Source: a virus (taxonomy: Duplodnaviria; Caudoviricetes). Taken from it: a DNA stretch of 30,499 nucleotides. The position numbers and the translations under genes are program-made. Location: IMG/VR virus record IMGVR_UViG_3300046779_000920, positions 1 through 30,499 of that record, one strand, 5' to 3'. Positions 26,410 through 30,499 of the stretch are shown piece after piece. The notes under the pieces were generated by a model. It made no database searches and was not told the DNA's origin. It worked only from the letters and a program-made list of their open reading frames with translations. Numbering within the stretch: position 1 is the stretch's first letter; every line of letters begins with the position of its first letter.

Positions 26410-27582
26410 TTATCTAATTGATAGGGTATATTTACCCGCGTTTATTTTCTTTGCGTTTAATCTTTCCATTACCACATATCTCACTGCATCTATTGTATGG
26501 TTCGAATAATCCACTGGAACGTTCTCAAAGTTTCCGTTCTTATCAACCATCCAAACGTATTCAGAAAACTCTCTGATGCAGTTCTTAGAACGTTTAGTCA
26601 CCCATATACGATAGTTCATCATTAAATCAATTCCTAATTTGATACTATCCTTACCTTTCTTCACTGGTTTGATATTGAATCCACTACGATAAATCTCTTC
26701 AATCAATCTACCTTCTGCAGAATCACCCCATATTTCAGCTCTACCTAAATCCAATCCTTTTAAGAAATTAATAATATCGCCGGTAACCATTCCTGTCTTA
26801 TACAATAACTCATCGATGTAAAGGTTATTATCCCACTTTGCAACCATCATAAATGTAGTAGGGTCTATACTAAATCCGTAATCCATACCGAATGCAACTA
26901 ACTCTGCCTCTTCTGGTATTTCATCTACTACACTAATTGAGAAGATTGTTCCTACATTATTGCCAGGTAATCCTAAACCATATATCTTGTAATACTCTGG
27001 ATTAGTTGTTTTAAGACGTTCTATCTCTTCAACGATAGATTGTTCCAAAAAAGGATTATCTCTGAATGTAGATATGAACAAATCACTCTCAGGGTGTGTT
27101 TGTATCTCATTAAAGATATAGTTGTTAGTTCCAAAGGATGGGTTATACGCAACGATGGTTTTAATACGAGTTCTAATAAATAATTGGAAATAGTCCTCTC
27201 TACTCAATTCATTTACCTCATCACAAAATAAGTAATCTCTGCTCGTTCCTTTTCTTTTCTCTGCATTATCAATAGACATGAACTCAATCATACTACCATT
27301 ATCGAAATTGTAGATGTGTTCAGTTGCACTCCATCTATCTTCACTCCATATACCCAACTCCTTCATCATCATTTGGAAATCTCTTAAAATAGAAACTCGC
27401 ATTGATGGAAATGATTTTCTTACTATGGATATGATTGTGTGTGGGGTTGATAGTGCCTGAACTAATAACCATTGAAGTGCAGAGTGAGATTTGCCACTAC
27501 GTGTTCCTCCTTGCAAGATACAAATCTTTCTGGACTTATCTATATCTCTATACGTCTTCGATGTGTTGATTTGTAATTCCAT
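26410..27582 (-). CDS. terL: Terminase large subunit (PBSX/Terminase_3 type)
   Basis: Walker A QGGTRSGKS, Walker B LFCDEVNE, YNP coupling motif, nuclease GMDYGF...NHTIDAVRY. Confidence 0.95.
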   Translation of the reverse strand: MELQINTSKTYRDIDKSRKICILQGGTRSGKSHSALQWLLVQALSTPHTIISIVRKSFPSMRVSILRDFQMMMKELGIWSEDRWSATEHIYNFDNGSMIEFMSIDNAEKRKGTSRDYLFCDEVNELSREDYFQLFIRTRIKTIVAYNPSFGTNNYIFNEIQTHPESDLFISTFRDNPFLEQSIVEEIERLKTTNPEYYKIYGLGLPGNNVGTIFSISVVDEIPEEAELVAFGMDYGFSIDPTTFMMVAKWDNNLYIDELLYKTGMVTGDIINFLKGLDLGRAEIWGDSAEGRLIEEIYRSGFNIKPVKKGKDSIKLGIDLMMNYRIWVTKRSKNCIREFSEYVWMVDKNGNFENVPVDYSNHTIDAVRYVVMERLNAKKINAGKYTLSIR

Positions 27583-27859
27583 CTTTAATGTTTATTGAGA
27601 TTTGTTGTATCTTTTGTTCTACCTCTGCTTTCATTTCAATACGAGATTGTTTTGGTAAGTGGAACTCTAATAACTTTAACGCAATATCTACTGCACCCTT
27701 TGGGTCTTTCTTTATCATATCTTCCATAATACGTGGTAGGTCATCTAATACTTTATTAGTTGCTCTTGCGATACTAACCTTCATCATTTCGGTTGAACGA
27801 TTGATTGAACCCTTAGGCCTTCCAGTTGCTAGTTTATGTCCTTTTTCAAACTTTGCCAT
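27548..27859 (-). CDS. terS: Terminase small subunit
   Basis: KFEKG....GRPKGS.N motif; overlaps the TerL start. Confidence 0.75.
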   Translation of the reverse strand: MAKFEKGHKLATGRPKGSINRSTEMMKVSIARATNKVLDDLPRIMEDMIKKDPKGAVDIALKLLEFHLPKQSRIEMKAEVEQKIQQISINIKDGITNQHIEDV

Positions 27860-27889
27860 TATTCTTCATTATTTAAATGGTATATTAAG

Positions 27890-27898
27890 TTTAACAAT
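27890..27898 (-). promoter_or_regulatory. ATTGTTAAA motif (candidate late promoter)
   Basis: Intergenic, upstream of terS at the start of the late region. Confidence 0.55.
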
Positions 27899-27949
27899 TA
27901 GGTCTTAATTCGTAGTTGATGTATCTATATATACAGATATATAAATATA

Positions 27950-28144
27950 TTAGTGAATAGAAGATTGGTACGATGATTCATTAAAGTATTGGAAATCTAC
28001 CGGTCCATCCCACATTGCATCTACTATGATTAAAAAATGATAATCATCCGATGCAGGATGTTGTTTAAGATAATCAGAGATTGCCTTTTGTTGTATAGAA
28101 TCGTTTAATAATTTAGGAAATCGTAAAATGATTAGGGGTTTCAT
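27950..28144 (-). CDS. Hypothetical protein
   Basis: 64-aa ORF with ATGA overlap to the upstream gene. Confidence 0.65.
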   Translation of the reverse strand: MKPLIILRFPKLLNDSIQQKAISDYLKQHPASDDYHFLIIVDAMWDGPVDFQYFNESSYQSSIH

Positions 28145-28299
28145 CTAATTTGTTTTAAGAGTTGTATTTGTAGTTCGGGGTTGAAGAAGTGTAATAGTAT
28201 CATTAGGATATCAAAAGATAAAGCAAAGATTACCCATAGTAGGACAACTATAACATAAACTTCGAATAACCTTTGCAATATATCTTTTTTATCTCTCAT
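28141..28299 (-). CDS. Small single-pass membrane protein (52 aa, absent from ORF track)
   Basis: MRDKKDILQRLFEVYVIVVLLWVIFALSFDILMILLHFFNPELQIQLLKQIR*; fills the gap. Confidence 0.7.
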   Translation of the reverse strand: MRDKKDILQRLFEVYVIVVLLWVIFALSFDILMILLHFFNPELQIQLLKQIR

Positions 28300-28302
28300 C
28301 TC

Positions 28303-28794
28303 TTATTTCCAATCGTATTCATCGTTTCTCCCATCATATTCATCTTCTCTTTCCTTTTGTTCTTCCCACCACTGGTCTTTATTTCTTTCTATTAGAGTTC
28401 TTGTTTCCCATTTCCATTGCTTGTAATCTTCATCGTTCTGCATTAAATCCCAAACTCTACCATAGTATTCTCTACATTCTTCTCTACTCATATGTACCCA
28501 CTTTGGATATTCCTGTCTTATTTCATTCTTCCTATCCCAATATCTCATATAGTATTCCGATTTCTTATCGTAACAATATGGTTTACTTCTACTACTAATA
28601 TCATCTTTTCTATTTAACCACTTACCTCTTTCTTCTAATGGTCTTACTGTTCTTGCAGTTTTAGGAATGTATTTGTTTGGGTTGTGATAATACTTTCTAC
28701 CACTCTTACTCATACGAACAACGGATTTACCTGATGCACTTACATGTCCAACTTCTTTATGGTGGTGTCTATCCTTTGATTTTTCGTTATTCAT
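28303..28794 (-). CDS. Hypothetical basic, Trp/Tyr-rich protein
   Basis: 163-aa ORF overlapping the sigma gene stop. Confidence 0.7.
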   Translation of the reverse strand: MNNEKSKDRHHHKEVGHVSASGKSVVRMSKSGRKYYHNPNKYIPKTARTVRPLEERGKWLNRKDDISSRSKPYCYDKKSEYYMRYWDRKNEIRQEYPKWVHMSREECREYYGRVWDLMQNDEDYKQWKWETRTLIERNKDQWWEEQKEREDEYDGRNDEYDWK

Positions 28795-29341
28795 TACCGA
28801 ATGGATTTTGTATTTTTGATTTTAGGATTCCTTTTGTTTTTTTAACGTGTAAGAAACATGTTGCTTTACTTATTCCTACATCGTTTGCAACTTCATCTAA
28901 TGTCATATCTGAAAAATGGTAAATCTCAAATAATTTACCACTTACCCATTTAGGTGTTGCTTTCATTTCGTTTAATTCAGTCATTACTTCCCAATATGCA
29001 GTTTCAAACTTTTGGTCTGAATCTACATCATAGGGAGTATCTTCTAATTGATGATAGGTTTCTACTACATCAATATTTGTTTTTCTACCTTCTCTTTTAC
29101 GCGAGTTTAAAAATCTCGAATTAATGAATGAACGTAGATACTGTAAATTGAATGAGTCTAAATAAAATAACTTTGGGTTTATTTTCTCACCTAAGAAAAG
29201 ATAAACCGAACTTACTAAATCACATGCCTCATCATAATCTCTTGTTAGTTTATACGCAACTGCGTTTAACCAATCGTTGTGTTTGATGTAGAGTGTTTGT
29301 AACCTAATGTTATTTTCCCATTCTAAACTACCACTTATCAT
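28787..29341 (-). CDS. Sigma-70 family (ECF-like) RNA polymerase sigma factor
   Basis: Region 2-like LY.KH..WL..VAY.LT...DEA.DLV..VYL and region 4 HTH MTLDEVANDVGISKATCF..VKK. Confidence 0.8.
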   Translation of the reverse strand: MISGSLEWENNIRLQTLYIKHNDWLNAVAYKLTRDYDEACDLVSSVYLFLGEKINPKLFYLDSFNLQYLRSFINSRFLNSRKREGRKTNIDVVETYHQLEDTPYDVDSDQKFETAYWEVMTELNEMKATPKWVSGKLFEIYHFSDMTLDEVANDVGISKATCFLHVKKTKGILKSKIQNPFGNE

Positions 29342-29571
29342 TTATTTCTTTCTTCCGTTTCTTTTATAAAGTTTTTACAAACATCAACAGCTTTTCTCCA
29401 AAGATTTCCACTTGAGGGACAAGTACAAGGTTGTGATTCTCTTGTGTTTGCTATTCTTTGATATGCACCCCAAATGAAATTAGTTTGATTATCTGGTAGA
29501 AATTCTTTAATTGGTATAACTACATCTTTCAATATTTGATATTCTTCAATTGTAAATGGATGTGTATTCAT
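29338..29571 (-). CDS. Hypothetical protein with PCTC motif (probable start MNTHPF)
   Basis: ATGA overlap with the sigma gene; ATG at 29571 follows the upstream stop. Confidence 0.7.
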   Translation of the reverse strand: MNTHPFTIEEYQILKDVVIPIKEFLPDNQTNFIWGAYQRIANTRESQPCTCPSSGNLWRKAVDVCKNFIKETEERNK

Positions 29572-29575
29572 AATA

Positions 29576-29863
29576 TTATTTTTCGTTTTCATCTAATTCC
29601 GGCATTGGTGCTGATTGAGGCATCATTGGGATTGGGTTATCAGTTGCTAAAAATGGTTTTACCATATCGATGTGTGGGTGTGATTTATGGAATGAAACTC
29701 CCATTGCAGCAATAATTGTAATTAAATCATTTACTGATTTTAATTTAGTAAAATCTACTAAATACATTGAATCATCTCTTAATTGAATTGGTTGTTGAAT
29801 AACTCTATTACCATTGATATCAAGAGTAGTTGAACCTGAGGTTGGTGTTAAAATTGTAGCCAT
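29576..29863 (-). CDS. Hypothetical protein
   Basis: 95-aa ORF with TAATG coupling. Confidence 0.7.
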   Translation of the reverse strand: MATILTPTSGSTTLDINGNRVIQQPIQLRDDSMYLVDFTKLKSVNDLITIIAAMGVSFHKSHPHIDMVKPFLATDNPIPMMPQSAPMPELDENEK

Positions 29864-30144
29864 TATTTTGTGTTTTGTTTATTTGTATATGAAAGATAGT
29901 GTAATCTTTCTTGTCTTAGTTGTTCTAAATCGTTTAGGATGTCTTCCAATTGCTGAGTAGTAAGTGGTAAATCCTCATCCCATAATGTCATATGAGGTGG
30001 TAATCCTAATCCTTTTACTTCTGGATTTTGTGATGATAATAAATGTTCGAATAAATCCCACTTATTCCATATTTGGTAGTATCTCGTTCCTTTCAGTTCG
30101 AACATATACCAATCTTCTTTTATTTGTTTGTGTTCTCCAATCAT
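29863..30144 (-). CDS. Hypothetical protein
   Basis: 93-aa ORF with TAATG coupling. Confidence 0.7.
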   Translation of the reverse strand: MIGEHKQIKEDWYMFELKGTRYYQIWNKWDLFEHLLSSQNPEVKGLGLPPHMTLWDEDLPLTTQQLEDILNDLEQLRQERLHYLSYTNKQNTK

Positions 30145-30356
30145 TAGAATAATTTTATTTGATTACATTTACCATCGAAAGATTTACAAGTCAATCGGTT
30201 CAGCCACTGTTCACGTTCGCAGCAACCACATGATTTAAATCCTAATAAATCCACTGCAATCCATTTACTGATATCTTTACCCTTTCCAAAGGAGATAATC
30301 GAAATTAGACCGGCTAGACGAGTTCCTAGCAATATTTTACATCCTATATCTTTCAT
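30144..30356 (-). CDS. Small Cys-rich protein (CGCCERE.WLN motif)
   Basis: LG..L..LI......G ... CGC..R..WLN pattern seen in phage proteins. Confidence 0.7.
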   Translation of the reverse strand: MKDIGCKILLGTRLAGLISIISFGKGKDISKWIAVDLLGFKSCGCCEREQWLNRLTCKSFDGKCNQIKLF

Positions 30357-30357
30357 A

Positions 30358-30498
30358 CTATTTTACTTTCATTGTGTTAAGAACTGGTTTGTTTTCTGAA
30401 ATCCATTGTTGAATGTATTCTCTTTCTCTTTGCATCAACTCTTTTCTATCACCTTCCCACTCTTCTAAAACATACATTGAGTTAATCATAATCTCTAC
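30358..30498 (-). CDS. 3' end of a probable GIY-YIG nuclease (partial)
   Basis: Manual translation ...YVLEEWEGDRKELMQREREYIQQWISENKPVLNTMKVK*; LEE...L..RE..YI...LN matches the GIY-YIG C-terminal half. Confidence 0.55.
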   Translation of the reverse strand, partial: VEIMINSMYVLEEWEGDRKELMQREREYIQQWISENKPVLNTMKVK

Positions 30499-30499
30499 C

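Noticed and set aside
27573-27580. 8-nt match (GTAATTCC) between the sRNA 5' stem and the TerL start region
   Set aside because: Short, lies in a paired stem, and similar matches occur inside other genes
28141-28299. Holin call for the small membrane protein
   Set aside because: No adjacent endolysin and it lies in the early region; left as hypothetical
1096-30152. All plus-strand ORFs in the track and nested minus ORF 6903-7100
   Set aside because: Shadow frames of well-supported minus-strand genes, with no recognisable motifs
1-30499. Stop-codon reassignment or tRNA genes
   Set aside because: Genes are intact and tightly packed under code 11, with TAA, TAG and TGA all used as stops; no cloverleaf was seen in the intergenic gaps

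Overview
AT-rich segment of a tailed dsDNA phage (Caudoviricetes, siphovirus-like), most likely infecting Bacteroidota/Flavobacteria. The host inference rests on a TTTG-N20-TAnnTTTG-type promoter, A-rich start regions without Shine-Dalgarno sequences, and a Flavobacterium-like bS21. Essentially all real genes are on the minus strand. In transcription order: GIY-YIG-like fragment, small ORFs, sigma-70-like factor, TerS, TerL, tail chaperone with a -1 frameshift, fibre and tip module 1, scaffold, major capsid, tail tube, portal, adaptor, tail terminator, fibre and tip module 2, HK97-gp10, tail proteins, tape measure, XkdF-type protease with a Cys-rich HiPIP-like tail, small head-type proteins, a basic YRGQGR peptide, ribosomal protein bS21, an SF2 helicase with integrase-type repeats, and a replication initiator containing iteron-like repeats. 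The most striking unexplained element is a ~90-nt structured RNA directly downstream of bS21 (about 2975-3066). Its segments are perfectly antisense to the translation-start regions of three phage early genes: the replication initiator, the next ORF, and the sigma factor. It is a candidate multi-target regulatory sRNA. All functional calls come from motif recognition only; no database search was run.
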